Below are positions 8,594-18,386 of a stretch of DNA of 64,000 nt, one piece after another. The notes beneath the pieces were generated by a model that did no database searches, had not been told where the DNA came from, and was given only the letters and a program-made list of their open reading frames with translations. The position numbers and the translations under genes were made by a program. Each line of letters starts with the position of its first letter. Position 1 is the first letter of the stretch. The stretch covers positions 1,184,001 to 1,248,000 of the forward strand of contig CBDCYI010000005.1 of NCBI GenBank assembly GCA_965224085.1. The letters are read 5' to 3'. This stretch comes from Candidatus Marinacidobacterales bacterium (GTDB lineage: Bacteria; Acidobacteriota; Vicinamibacteria; Marinacidobacterales; SMYC01).

Positions 8594-9830
8594 CTAGAAG
8601 CGAACCAGCCTCGTCACTTTGACGATGAGGCTTCGGTTCTCGAGAGCCGGGGAAGCACCGGCAAGCATGAGGTTATCGTAGAACGTGAAATTACCGTCCA
8701 TACCGAACAGCCGGTTGCCGCCGGTCCCATCCCGGTTGTGGTCGCGATAGGTCCCGATGACGCCAATGTTGCTCCGCGCCAAGATGTCGCGCTTGACGCG
8801 GATGACGGAGTAGTTCGTCTGCAGGATGGAGTCGGGCACGACATCGTTCGTCGCGATGTTCAAAAAACCGAGGCTGTAAGCACCCGCGCGCCCGGTCAAA
8901 CGCCCACCTGCGAGAATCGGAACTTCCGAGCCGCCATCAAGGCCGATGCGCCGACTGAAGAACATGATGGGCGCGTCGGCCGGCCCGTCGAAGGAAAACG
9001 CACGCGTATCCCGTCCGCCAAAATTGAAAATACCTTGCCCTTCGAGAAAGAACTCGCGTTTCTCGGGAAAGAAGAGGCTGAAGCGCGTGAGGTTCACCTG
9101 GGACTCATCGGCCTCGACTTGGGCGAAATCGGTGTTGTACGTGAAGTCGAAAATGAGGCCTTTCGTCACGCCATATTTCGCGTCGAAGCCGAAATCGGCG
9201 TCGCCCGCGTTCTCGAAAGGTACGTCCGCGGTACGGTCGGTGCTCACCGAACCGGACGCGTAGGGCTTCACCTCGAGGTTCATGGAGCGCTCGGGCGTCT
9301 CGATTCCGACGAGCGTGGCGGCGAAGGACAGCTTCAAAAGACCTTGCCGATCGAACGCCGCGGGAATGGGCACGAGGTGGCTGCGCTCGTTCTTCCACTT
9401 CACCCTGCGCTCGAAGTTGATGCCCCAGAGCTGCGAGCTCCCCGCCCGATAGCGCAACGACTTGAACGGAAGCGACATCTCGAACGTCCACCCCTCGGCG
9501 AAACGGCGGGATTTCACGTACCAGATCGTGTTCCAGTCGCTGTTGACGTTGCGCTCGTCCGTAACCTGGGCATCCCAGAGCGCTCCGAGTGGGTTGCTGC
9601 GAAAGAGAAACCCGTTGCGATGGTCGTAAAAAGTATCGAGGATGACCGAGAAGCTGGAGTTCTGCCAATCGATATTGCGGTTGTCACGCCGCATCTCGTG
9701 AGCAACGATACGCTCAGGGTGAGAATCCCAGAGCCGCGCGGCAGTGTAAACACTCGTCGCATCGTAGAAAACCCAGACGTCGGTCGGCTCCGTCGCTGGT
9801 TGTCCTGCAAGAGGCTCTTGCTGCACGAAG
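8594..9830 (-). pseudogene. CBM9-like/DUF5916 protein copy B: N-terminus missing, large in-frame internal deletion
   Basis: Paralog of 13873-16134 (NTDFAQVEAD, RFSLFFPEKREFFLE, FFSRRIGL). Jumps from FYDNLMLAG to the terminal PALENRSLIVKVTRLVRF near 8655. Confidence 0.85.
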
Positions 9831-10860
9831 CAAGCTGAAACGCGTGAGGTTCACTTGCTGGTCGTCCGCTTCGACTTGCGCGAAGTCGGTATTGACGGTG
9901 AAGTCCGCGATGAGGCTTTTCGTGACGCGACGAAAGTTGACCGCGCCCGTACTTCGCGTCGAAACCCGCGTCGGGATCGAAATCGTTCTCGAAAGGCACA
10001 TCGGCGTCGCGGTCGGTCCGCACCGCGCCCGTCGCGTAAGGCTTGAGCTCCAGATTGAGAGAGCTCACGGGAGGCTCAACCCCGACGAGTGTCGCCGCAT
10101 AGGAAAGCTGCGTAATGCCCCGCTCGCGAAATGCGGCCGGGATCGGTGTCAAGTAGCTGAGCTCGTTCTTCGAGCGCACGACCCGACGAAAGTTGATCCC
10201 CCAAATCTGGCTCCGGCCCTGCTTGTACCGAAGCGATTTGAACGGGATCGAGAACTCGACCGTCCAGCCTTCGGCGAAACGGGCCGTTTTGACGTGCCAC
10301 ACAGTGTTCCAGTCCGAGTTGACGTTACGCTCGCCGGTGACCTGGGCGTCGTACAGCGCGCCGAGCGGATTGGTGTGGAACAAGAAGCCGTCACGACGAT
10401 CGTAGAACGTGTCGAAAATGACGGCGAAATTGTCGTTGTTGAAAATGCCCCGAGCGTCGCGTCGCAGTTCGTTGGCCACGATCTTCTCGGGGTGAGTGTC
10501 CCAGTTGCGCGCCGACACGTAGATGTTCTCTTTGTCGAACAAGACCCAGACTTCGGTCTTCTCAGTCGCCGGCTGGCCTTCGTGAGGCTCCTGTTGAACG
10601 AATCCGCTGACGGATGGGACGCGGCGGTAGATGTTCTCCTCGAGCCGTCCATCCAAAGTAATCGGGGTCTCGAGCGCGACCGCTCGAAGTGTGGCGTTAC
10701 CCTCCTCGTCGCGGGAGACGACCTCGGGGGCCATCGGGGGTGCCGGCCCGTCGATGCTGTCGACGAGCGACTCCATTTCATCATCGCCCGAGAGCGCCAG
10801 GCCTGGACACACAACGGCCAGGCAGACCACCCAGGCGCACAATTTGTTGCGTTGCATCAC
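9831..10860 (-). pseudogene. CBM9-like/DUF5916 protein copy A: N-terminal half only, fused out of frame to copy B
   Basis: Signal peptide, DGRLEE..QQEPHEGQPATE, WGINFRR. A 19-bp insertion at 9929-9947 shifts the frame; similarity ends at VNLTRFSLL. Confidence 0.85.
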
Positions 10861-11080
10861 TTTCAGCTAGGAATAGGTCGGAAACTATCGCAGGCGGCCC
10901 CCGCTCCGTACGAGCTACCGATAAAATTATAGCAAGTCGATCGCGCTAAGTCCGAATGATCTAAAGACTTAACACCGATTTAACATTTCGGCAGGTTGGC
11001 CGACACGCAACAAATGTGCTAGATTGCGCTCGCCTTGAGCCATTCCAAGTGGTGACAGCTTAGAGAGGAAGGACAACGCA

Positions 11081-12103
11081 TTGTATAAACAATCACTGGT
11101 TTTCGTGGCCACTCTGGGGGCGTGCCTGCTCTTATACGCAGCGTGCGGCTCCGACGAGCCGTCGGGTAGCTCCCCGACGATCACCGCGCCCACGCCGCAA
11201 TCCCCGGCCAACGGCTCCACCGTCCAAAGCTCGAATCCGACTTTGACGGTCGGAAACGCTGTAGGGGCGGCCGGCCTGAGCTACCGGTTCGAAGTGGCGA
11301 CGGATTCCGGGTTTTCCACCATCGTGGCTGTGGTCGACAATGTGCCTGAAGGCTCCGGTAGCACGTCGTGGCGCGTCACGCCCGCCCTCGCCACCGGCCG
11401 TTTTTTCTGGCGCGCCCGGGCCGCAACCGGAGGGGTTCAAGGACCGTTCTCCTCGGCTGCGAACTTCGACATCCAGACCGGGTTCAACTCGCAAACGCCG
11501 ATCAATAGCATTTACGTGTCCGACCCTTTGACGACGGGTATGTCGGTCGGCGAAGTGAGCGGGGGGGAGTTCCGCGAGGGCGGTTGGTTCGTGACCGACG
11601 CGGCCTCCTACATCCGATACGAGATCCCGACGACCGCCAACGGATTCGTCGAGTTCCAAGTCACGAACCTGCGAAACCCCAACCCGCGCTCGGACAAACG
11701 CAACCTCATGATCATGTGGGACCCGACCCGCGGCGACTACACGGAGAACCCGTTCCGCGTCCATATCGCGAAGTTCGACACGAACCTCGTGTCGCGCTGG
11801 CACATGCGTCTCAGATTCATCTCGAACGGAGAAGAAACGAATACGGGGATCAACTTCTTTGACTGGGACCCCAACCACATCTACTCGTTTCGTCTGGAAT
11901 GGGGCGCCTTTCCTGCCATCGTCAGCAGCCAGCGGGCACAGGTCCGGATGGACGGCCGAGTGATCATGACGCGAAACTACGATAACCACTACCGACCCTC
12001 GACACATTGGGTCGAGCTCGGGATGGGGCCCCGCAACGAATCGCTAGAGCAAGCGCTCTTCTCGAACGTGACGATCGGCGTCCGCCAGCCCAACAGCGAA
12101 TAA
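11081..12103 (+). CDS. Putative lipoprotein with Ig/FN3-like N-terminal domain and beta-sandwich C-terminal domain
   Basis: Lipobox-like LYAAC, Ser/Pro linker, PTPQSPANG..YRFEVATDSGF..FFWRARA pattern; GAGGAAGG ribosome-binding site. Confidence 0.75.
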   Translation: MYKQSLVFVATLGACLLLYAACGSDEPSGSSPTITAPTPQSPANGSTVQSSNPTLTVGNAVGAAGLSYRFEVATDSGFSTIVAVVDNVPEGSGSTSWRVTPALATGRFFWRARAATGGVQGPFSSAANFDIQTGFNSQTPINSIYVSDPLTTGMSVGEVSGGEFREGGWFVTDAASYIRYEIPTTANGFVEFQVTNLRNPNPRSDKRNLMIMWDPTRGDYTENPFRVHIAKFDTNLVSRWHMRLRFISNGEETNTGINFFDWDPNHIYSFRLEWGAFPAIVSSQRAQVRMDGRVIMTRNYDNHYRPSTHWVELGMGPRNESLEQALFSNVTIGVRQPNSE

Positions 12104-12110
12104 CGGAAAT

Positions 12111-13697
12111 CTAATCCCTAGAGCGCTGAGGAGTCGTTTCCGCGGCGGAGGTGCCGCCCATCTCCACGACTTGGCCTGGGCTCAACCCAGCCCGCGTGAC
12201 CTCGCTGCCGTTTGGGAAACGCACGAGCAAGTCGTAGTTTCCCGCCCCATCCACGCCAAAGTGCAACCGCGCGGGGTCCTGGCTGCAATAGCCTGTCGTC
12301 GACTGCACCACGCGGTAGCCGACGAGCGCGCCGCCTTCAGAGAGAGAGACGGCGGCACCCACGGCGCCGCGCTCGCCGTTCGGCCCCGTGAGCGAAACGC
12401 CAAGCCAGTCGCCGGACGCGGTGTTGTTGCGAAAAAACGTGTTGGGACCCTGCTTGCTCGCGATGAGCAGGTCGAGAGAGCCGTTATTGTCCATGTCGGC
12501 AAAGACGGCAGAGCGCGCATCCGTCCCGATGTCCTGGAGCCCAATCCCCCGGACGCTGCGAAACGCCCCTGTCCCGTCGTTCAGATAGATGCCGGTGTCC
12601 CCCGCAAGATAGAAGTCGAGGTCGCCGTCATTGTCGACGTCACCAAAAGCGGCGGTATAGTGCACCCCCTCGAAAAGGCGCACGAGATTGAAGCGGCCTT
12701 CGCCATTGTTGCGGTAGAGCTTCGAGCCGTGGAAGCCCGTGATGACGACATCCAAATCGCCATCGTTGTCAATGTCTTTGAAGCTGTAGCCGTTCGTGCC
12801 GCGAAAATCGCTCGTCGTCTGCGCGTATTCGAGCCCGGTATACGCGGTATTTTCCACGAAACGAGGCGACTCGTTGGCGAGAATCGAGATGGAGCCAACG
12901 CCCACGCCGGGAACGTGCTCGAAAGCGCTGAGCGCGATATCGGGCTTGCGGTCCCCTGAGATGTCCACGAGCCCGAGTCCCTGATTGGCGAAAGACGGGT
13001 CGGCATCCCCTTGCAGCCGGTTCCGTGTGAAACGCATGCCGCCACGGTTCATATAGACGTTCGGGATGAAACCCTGCCAGGCCGTCACGACGATATCGAG
13101 CAGCCCATCGCCGTCGAGATCCGCCGCGCCCACGCCGCGAGGCCCGAGATCGCGTACATCGATCCCGGCACTATCCGAGATGTCTACGAAGCGCGCGCCG
13201 CCCTCGTTGCGATAGAGCCGGTGGTGGCCGCTCCACGTATGGCCGTTGAACAAATCGAGGTCGCCGTCATTGTCGAAATCGGCGAAGACGGCCGCATGCG
13301 ATTCTTCGGAGAACTCTTCCACGGTTCCGTCCTCGAGCTCGAGCGCATAGAAGCCGTCATCGGAGACGCCGGCGACCACACCGATCTCCTCGAAGCGCTG
13401 CGGGCTCCCGCCGAGGTTCCGGAACAGCAAATCCGGTCGGTTCTGCTTGGGGTCGAAAATATGGGTCACGTAGACGTCGAGCAGGCCGTCGCCGTCGATA
13501 TCGGCCACTTGGATGCCGTGCCCACCCAAATCGAGCAAGCTCGTGAACCCCGACTCGGCCGTTGCGTTGGTAAAGCCGAGGGCCGGCGGCGGATCCGTCT
13601 GGGCGTGGGCGAGCGCGGTGGGCAAGAGGATGAATAGAAGTCCCAAGACGGCGACGGTTCGGGGGACACGTCCTTTCGTCACGGATACTGGCCTCAT
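12111..13697 (-). CDS. CRTAC1-family protein (FG-GAP/VCBS repeats plus ASPIC/UnbV domain)
   Basis: Repeated DxDxDGxxD motifs; C-terminal GYCSQDPARLHFG and VRFPNG. Start moved to ATG 13697 because the longer ORF overlaps the tRNA. Confidence 0.88.
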   Translation of the reverse strand: MRPVSVTKGRVPRTVAVLGLLFILLPTALAHAQTDPPPALGFTNATAESGFTSLLDLGGHGIQVADIDGDGLLDVYVTHIFDPKQNRPDLLFRNLGGSPQRFEEIGVVAGVSDDGFYALELEDGTVEEFSEESHAAVFADFDNDGDLDLFNGHTWSGHHRLYRNEGGARFVDISDSAGIDVRDLGPRGVGAADLDGDGLLDIVVTAWQGFIPNVYMNRGGMRFTRNRLQGDADPSFANQGLGLVDISGDRKPDIALSAFEHVPGVGVGSISILANESPRFVENTAYTGLEYAQTTSDFRGTNGYSFKDIDNDGDLDVVITGFHGSKLYRNNGEGRFNLVRLFEGVHYTAAFGDVDNDGDLDFYLAGDTGIYLNDGTGAFRSVRGIGLQDIGTDARSAVFADMDNNGSLDLLIASKQGPNTFFRNNTASGDWLGVSLTGPNGERGAVGAAVSLSEGGALVGYRVVQSTTGYCSQDPARLHFGVDGAGNYDLLVRFPNGSEVTRAGLSPGQVVEMGGTSAAETTPQRSRD

Positions 13698-13741
13698 TCG
13701 AGCGTTTATGATTGTGATTACGATCGGCGCGAAACTGAGCT

Positions 13742-13816
13742 TGGTGGGCGGTACAGGATTTGAACCTGTGACCACCTGGGTGTAAACCAGGTGCTCTCCC
13801 GCTGAGCTAACCGCCC
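13742..13816 (-). tRNA. tRNA-Val (anticodon TAC)
   Basis: GGGCGGTTAGCTCAGCGGGAGAGCACCTGG-TTTACAC-CCAGGTGGTCACAGGTTCAAATCCTGTACCGCCCACCA: full cloverleaf with encoded CCA. Confidence 0.97.
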
Positions 13817-13872
13817 GGTATCGGGAACTCGCAAGTATAGCAAGGATAGCGCTTTCGGTGGTGGAGCGAGCC

Positions 13873-16134
13873 TCAGAAACTGAATAGATAGGTATATTTG
13901 GCGATGAAGGCCCGATCCTTGACCACCCCGTTCTCGTCGCGGAGATCGTTGTAAACGAGGAAGATGTCCGAGAGGGGACGGTGGATGAGGTTGAAGCGGA
14001 TATTGGCGCTCCACTCTTTGCTCAAGTTGTTGTACTGAACGAGGCCGTTCAGGAACATGTTCGTGCTGAAGTTGTAGGCGAAGCGCGTCGTGAGCAAATG
14101 AGTTTTGAACGCCCCCTCCAGAAGTTCGACGTCGTTGTAGGACCAGCCGAATTGTGCCGAGATCTTTGCACCGAGCTTTGCCACGGCGCCGAGTGAGACG
14201 GATTCCCGAGTGCCCGAGTAGAAGTCGCCCGTCGAGACGCGGGCATTGCCCGAGAACATCCGGCTCGGATCCGTGAAGACCATCCCGAAGATCTCGTTGA
14301 ACGTGTAGAATCCCGCTGGGATCGTCACGTCGGGGTGGATGGGAAAGTCTTCCTGTGGTTGCTCCAAATTCGTGTTCAAGCCGAACTCGAAGAACCCGCC
14401 ATTTTGCATTCGGAGGGAAAAATGCGCGTTGAAGTATCGGCTGACCACCACGTTTTCTTGGTCGACGAAATACTCGATCTCGAAATGCGGGTTGATCTCG
14501 CGCAGAAAACCTCGCCACCACGCCGGGCGGTAGTGGTACCCGACGAGATTGCTGCTTCGCTTCACCCCGATACGCGGCGCGAAACCGATTTCTGGGTTAA
14601 AGTTGTCTTGGAGCGTCGAGATCGCGTTTCGAAACTGCCACAAGCGGCTGTCGTAGGTCCAAGCGAGCCGGCCCGCGTAATCGTCGCCGGAGCGGCCTTT
14701 GGTTGAGGTTTTCGCGATGTACGCGTTGATGTCGATCTCGGGACTGATGCGGAAGTTTCCGTCGATGCCGAAGCCTCGGTTGTAGTGGTCCGTGTTCATG
14801 TTCGAGCGATTCAGGAATATCACCCCGACATCCGAATTGCCGAAGATGTTCCGGCGAACCCGCGCCACGGTAAAGTTGTCACCGTTCGCAGAGAGCGAAT
14901 CGCCGATCAAGCCCGATACCTCGCCCGTCTGCATGTTGAGAAACCCAACATCGTATTGCCCCACGCGACCCGTCAGTCGCCCGCCTCCAATCACGGGGAT
15001 CGGAACGCCTTCTTCCGAGAGCCCGATGCGGCGGCTGAAAAAGAAAAACATGTCGTCGCCGCGGCTCTGACCGCCTCTCAAATTGGACGGCGCCGCCACC
15101 GAGCCGAACGACGCCCGAAACTGGGACAGCCGCGGGTCGGTGGGCGGGCCGAAGCGAAAGATGCCGGAGTTTTCGAGAAAAAAGTCACGCTTTTCCGGAA
15201 ACAGCAAGCTGAAGCGGGTCAAGTTGATCTGTTGGACATCCGCTTCTACTTGCGAGAAGTCGGTGTTCAAGGTGAGGTCCAAGCGGAGACCGCTTCCGAT
15301 GGCAAGCTTCGCGTCGAGACCGGCATCGAAGTTCGTGCGCGTCGCCGCCTCTGCCTCTCGCAATACGTTGCCTTTTGCGTAGGGCGTGACTTTGAAGTCT
15401 CTTTGCTTTCGGAGACCGGACAGATCTTCCAAGGTACCCGCGAGCGAGACTCTCGATAAGTCGTGGATGCGCGGGAGCGGCGCCCAGAACGAGTTCTCGT
15501 TCAAACGCCGATTACGCCTCAAGAGATTGACACCCCAGACCTGCGGGTCGGCCTCGTTGAAGCGAAGCGTTTTGAAGGGGATGGCGATCTCGGTAATCCA
15601 TCCTAGCTCTGTCACCCGGCTCTCGACGTACCACACGCCGTCCCAATTCATATTGAACTCGCGGGCTTCGTTGACGAACTGCGCGTCGAACTTCGCGCCC
15701 GCGGGGCTCGTCTGGAACATGTAGCCGTTGCGCTCGTCGTGGAAGGTGTCGAGTACGACGCCGAAGGAATCGCCCGCGCGCGCGTTGAAGTCGCGGGTCA
15801 GGTCGTTGATGACGAGCTTGTCCGGCTCGGCGTCGTAGGCGATGACACCGAAATAGAGATTCTCGTCGTCATAGAGAACGCGCACTTCCGTCTTGGCGGT
15901 GGCCGGCTCGCCTTCGCGCGGATCGTTCTGGAGGAAGTCGGTGGCGAGCGGCGCGTCGCGCCAGTCGGCCTCGTCGAGCTTCCCGTCGATGGCGATCGTG
16001 CCCGCGGCGCGTTTTGCGGTGAGACGCCGTTCGAAACGCGCTGTGTCGAAATCAACGGGTGCGCTTTCCTGCGCGCCAGAACGAGCGCTAACGGATAGCA
16101 GCAGGCAGATCGTGACGAGAGCTTTGCGGCACAT
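13873..16134 (-). CDS. CBM9-like/DUF5916 domain protein, intact; probable outer-membrane protein
   Basis: Signal peptide, IDGKLDEADW, NTDFSQVEAD, FPEKRDFFLE, alternating C-terminal strand KYTYLFSF ending in Phe. Confidence 0.9.
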   Translation of the reverse strand: MCRKALVTICLLLSVSARSGAQESAPVDFDTARFERRLTAKRAAGTIAIDGKLDEADWRDAPLATDFLQNDPREGEPATAKTEVRVLYDDENLYFGVIAYDAEPDKLVINDLTRDFNARAGDSFGVVLDTFHDERNGYMFQTSPAGAKFDAQFVNEAREFNMNWDGVWYVESRVTELGWITEIAIPFKTLRFNEADPQVWGVNLLRRNRRLNENSFWAPLPRIHDLSRVSLAGTLEDLSGLRKQRDFKVTPYAKGNVLREAEAATRTNFDAGLDAKLAIGSGLRLDLTLNTDFSQVEADVQQINLTRFSLLFPEKRDFFLENSGIFRFGPPTDPRLSQFRASFGSVAAPSNLRGGQSRGDDMFFFFSRRIGLSEEGVPIPVIGGGRLTGRVGQYDVGFLNMQTGEVSGLIGDSLSANGDNFTVARVRRNIFGNSDVGVIFLNRSNMNTDHYNRGFGIDGNFRISPEIDINAYIAKTSTKGRSGDDYAGRLAWTYDSRLWQFRNAISTLQDNFNPEIGFAPRIGVKRSSNLVGYHYRPAWWRGFLREINPHFEIEYFVDQENVVVSRYFNAHFSLRMQNGGFFEFGLNTNLEQPQEDFPIHPDVTIPAGFYTFNEIFGMVFTDPSRMFSGNARVSTGDFYSGTRESVSLGAVAKLGAKISAQFGWSYNDVELLEGAFKTHLLTTRFAYNFSTNMFLNGLVQYNNLSKEWSANIRFNLIHRPLSDIFLVYNDLRDENGVVKDRAFIAKYTYLFSF

Positions 16135-16171
16135 AAGCGCCGCATTCTAACGGAAACACCCGTTCGGCGCG

Positions 16172-16575
16172 CTACGACTGCGAGATGCGCACCGAGCCAT
16201 CACTCGTCCGCACCTCGAATTTGTGTCCGCCGCCGTTCAAACGCGTGCTGAGCTCGCGGTTCGAGAACTCGCCTTCGACCGTGATGGGCTGGTCGATCTC
16301 GATCGACCCATCGTCGACGCGCACGCTCAACTCGGCCGCGAAGCCTTCCGGAAGCCGCAACCGAATGCGGCCGTCATCGGCCCGCGCCGACCAATCGGCT
16401 TCCATCGCGGAATCCGGCGCGAGCCGGATGTCGATGGCACCGTCCTGCGTGCTCGCGCGCAGGAGCGTGATCGTGCCCTGGACGTCCAAATCGCCGTCTT
16501 CGACGGTCGCGAAGACATCCCCACGCACGCTCTCGAGCCGCACGTCGCCGTTTCCGCATCGATACGGAGCTCGCC
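16172..16575 (-). pseudogene. DUF4097 beta-strand repeat protein, C-terminal fragment
   Basis: Repeated T/V-x-DG-x-I units ending LNGGGHKFEVRTSDGSVRI. No own start; frameshift near 16551. Confidence 0.75.
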
Positions 16576-16870
16576 AAACAGCATCTCGAGCACGAGGAGC
16601 GGCAGCGTCTGGGCGGCCACCGGCGCGTAGCCATCGACGATCGTGCTTTCGAGCACTTGCCGCACTTGGCCGCTCTCGCCGCGTCCGAGCCGGACGAACG
16701 CCGAGGCGACCGCGAGGCCGACGACGACTCCCGAAACGGCGCCCGTCAGGGGCAGCATGGCGAGATGAAAAAAGTCCGCGCGGAAGCCGCGGCGAAAGAG
16801 CGCTTTAGGGCGGACGGCGGGAAACGCCGTCTCGAGTAGCACGAAAAAAACGGCAGCGACGACAAATAAG
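16576..16870 (-). pseudogene. Membrane protein N-terminal fragment resembling the sterol desaturase / fatty acid hydroxylase family
   Basis: VFFVLLETAFPAVRPKALFRRGFRADFFHL resembles this family's N-terminus. The His boxes are absent because the ORF is fused to the DUF4097 remnant. Confidence 0.5.
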
Positions 16871-16961
16871 GACCTCGGAGTATAGGACCGCCCGAGCCCC
16901 CCCCGCCGCGGTTCAAGATTTGTGCTAGCCTATCTGTGTATAAACGGAGGGAGTCGAAAAC

Positions 16962-17477
16962 ATGCAGCCTTTATACGATCGAGAAGCAGTCCGACCGATG
17001 TGGGAAGAGCTCGCGCAATGCGGCGTCGATCCGGTCAACACACCAGACGATGTCGACGCGGCTTTGAAAGAGCCTGGAACGACGCTCGTGGTCGTGAACT
17101 CGGTCTGTGGCTGCGCCGCAGGATCCGCCCGGCCCGGTGTCACCCGCGCGCTCCAGCACGGCGTCATCCCCGATCATCTGAAGACGGTCTTCGCCGGCGT
17201 CGACCGCGAGGCCACCGAGCGAGCGCGCCACCACATGGTGGGAATCCCGCCGTCTTCGCCATCCGTCGGGCTCTTCAAAGACGGCGAGCTCGTCCACGTG
17301 CTCGAACGGCGCCATATCGAAATGATGAACGAAGAGATGGTGGCGCAAAACCTCATCGAAGCGTTCGATGAGCACTGCTCGCGCCAGGGTCCTTCGGTCT
17401 CGAAAGAGGTCTATGACGACCTAGTCACGTCGCGTCAATGCGGCTCGAGTGTCCCGCTCTTCAATCCTTTTCGATAA
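16962..17477 (+). CDS. BrxA/BrxB family bacilliredoxin
   Basis: VRPMWEEL, VVNSVCGCAAGSARPG, TVFAGVD, PPSSPS motifs. Confidence 0.92.
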   Translation: MQPLYDREAVRPMWEELAQCGVDPVNTPDDVDAALKEPGTTLVVVNSVCGCAAGSARPGVTRALQHGVIPDHLKTVFAGVDREATERARHHMVGIPPSSPSVGLFKDGELVHVLERRHIEMMNEEMVAQNLIEAFDEHCSRQGPSVSKEVYDDLVTSRQCGSSVPLFNPFR

Positions 17478-17521
17478 CGTCGCGAAAGGACACTTGTCTT
17501 CAGGCGAGGACGTTCGCCCCG

Positions 17522-17592
17522 GTGATCTCGATCACGGAGGCGTCGCTAAATCGTTACTTCGCAGCGATTTAGATAAGTGGCACTCCGTTTGC
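17522..17592 (+). promoter_or_regulatory. Putative sigma-54 promoter with upstream palindromes
   Basis: TGGCAC-N5-TTGC at 17578-17592. CTAAATCGTT-n7-AGCGATTTAG imperfect inverted repeat at 17546-17572. GTGATC-TC-GATCAC at 17522-17535. Confidence 0.65.
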
Positions 17593-17630
17593 CTCTCTTC
17601 CGGTAGCAGCCGGGGAAAAGGAGACGGAAC

Positions 17631-18155
17631 ATGAAACAACTAGCCGCTTCAATCGTAGCTATCTTCGCACTTGGCTTCGCACTGGGAAGCTTCGTGTCGG
17701 GCTCGGGTAGCGTGCCTGAACTCGAAGACGTCGAGCTTGACGCCGGGCTCGAGTCCACCGCTCTGGTGGATTGCGGCGAGGGCCGGGAAGCCCTTCTGGA
17801 GTCGGTCCGCTTGGACGGTAGAACCTCGTACAAAGTGCGCTGTGTGCCGACCGAATCCGTGCGCCGCGCCAGCGTCCCGCCGCCGGTGGTCGTACCCACG
17901 GTGGCGACGACATCGCCGCCCGCACCGACTCCGAGCGCTCCCGAGGCGCCCGAGACCACGATTAACGACCCGAACGGGCCAGAGGACGACGGACGCTCGT
18001 GGAAGGAGAGCGCCGTCATTATCGGCGGCTCGGCGGGTGCCGGCGCCGGTATTGGCGCCATCGCCAAAGGCAAGAAGGGAGCCGCCGTGGGCGCCGCTAT
18101 CGGTGCAGCGACCGGAGCGGCCTACGAGCTCATGAAGAAGGACAAGCAGAATTAA
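17631..18155 (+). CDS. Glycine-zipper (YMGG-like) membrane protein
   Basis: N-terminal hydrophobic segment, Pro-rich linker, RSWKESAVIIGGSAGAGAGIGAIAKGKKGAAVGAAIG. Confidence 0.85.
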   Translation: MKQLAASIVAIFALGFALGSFVSGSGSVPELEDVELDAGLESTALVDCGEGREALLESVRLDGRTSYKVRCVPTESVRRASVPPPVVVPTVATTSPPAPTPSAPEAPETTINDPNGPEDDGRSWKESAVIIGGSAGAGAGIGAIAKGKKGAAVGAAIGAATGAAYELMKKDKQN

Positions 18156-18162
18156 CGAGAGG

Positions 18163-18192
18163 GGAGCGCGGGACTCGATCGTCCCGCGCTCC
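18163..18192. terminator. GC-rich hairpin between convergent genes (putative terminator)
   Basis: GGAGCGCGGGAC-TCGATC-GTCCCGCGCTCC, a perfect 12-bp stem. Confidence 0.6.
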
Positions 18193-18199
18193 TTCGCGT

Positions 18200-18386
18200 T
18201 TAGAATCTCGACGCCGTCAACGTGATGTCGGCGCAGGACCACGCTTTTTCGAACCGCTTTTCGACTTCGTCCGCTTCGCGCGTACGGCCCTGAGCGCGTA
18301 GCGTCTGCAGCAAGCCAAAAAGAGACCAGCCATTATCCGGCCAGTTTTCGAGGCTCTCCCAATAGACCGCTTCCGCATCCTCGAGG
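18200..18386 (-). pseudogene. C-terminal remnant of a TPR-like protein, truncated by the IS
   Basis: AEAVYWESLENWPDNGWSLFGLLQTLRAQG..RFEKAWSCADITLTASRF begins at the IS boundary. Confidence 0.7.

Noticed and set aside
13698-13816. tRNA-Val as an integration site with a duplicated 3' end; extended CRTAC1 start at 13775
   Set aside because: No second copy of the tRNA 3' end and no integrase were seen by eye. The extended ORF start lies inside the tRNA.
18163-18192. Shared CGCGGGAC/GTCCCGCG arms with the rpsD-rpoA repeat as one repeat family
   Set aside because: Arm order is reversed, the loops differ, and the match is short and GC-rich, so it may be chance.
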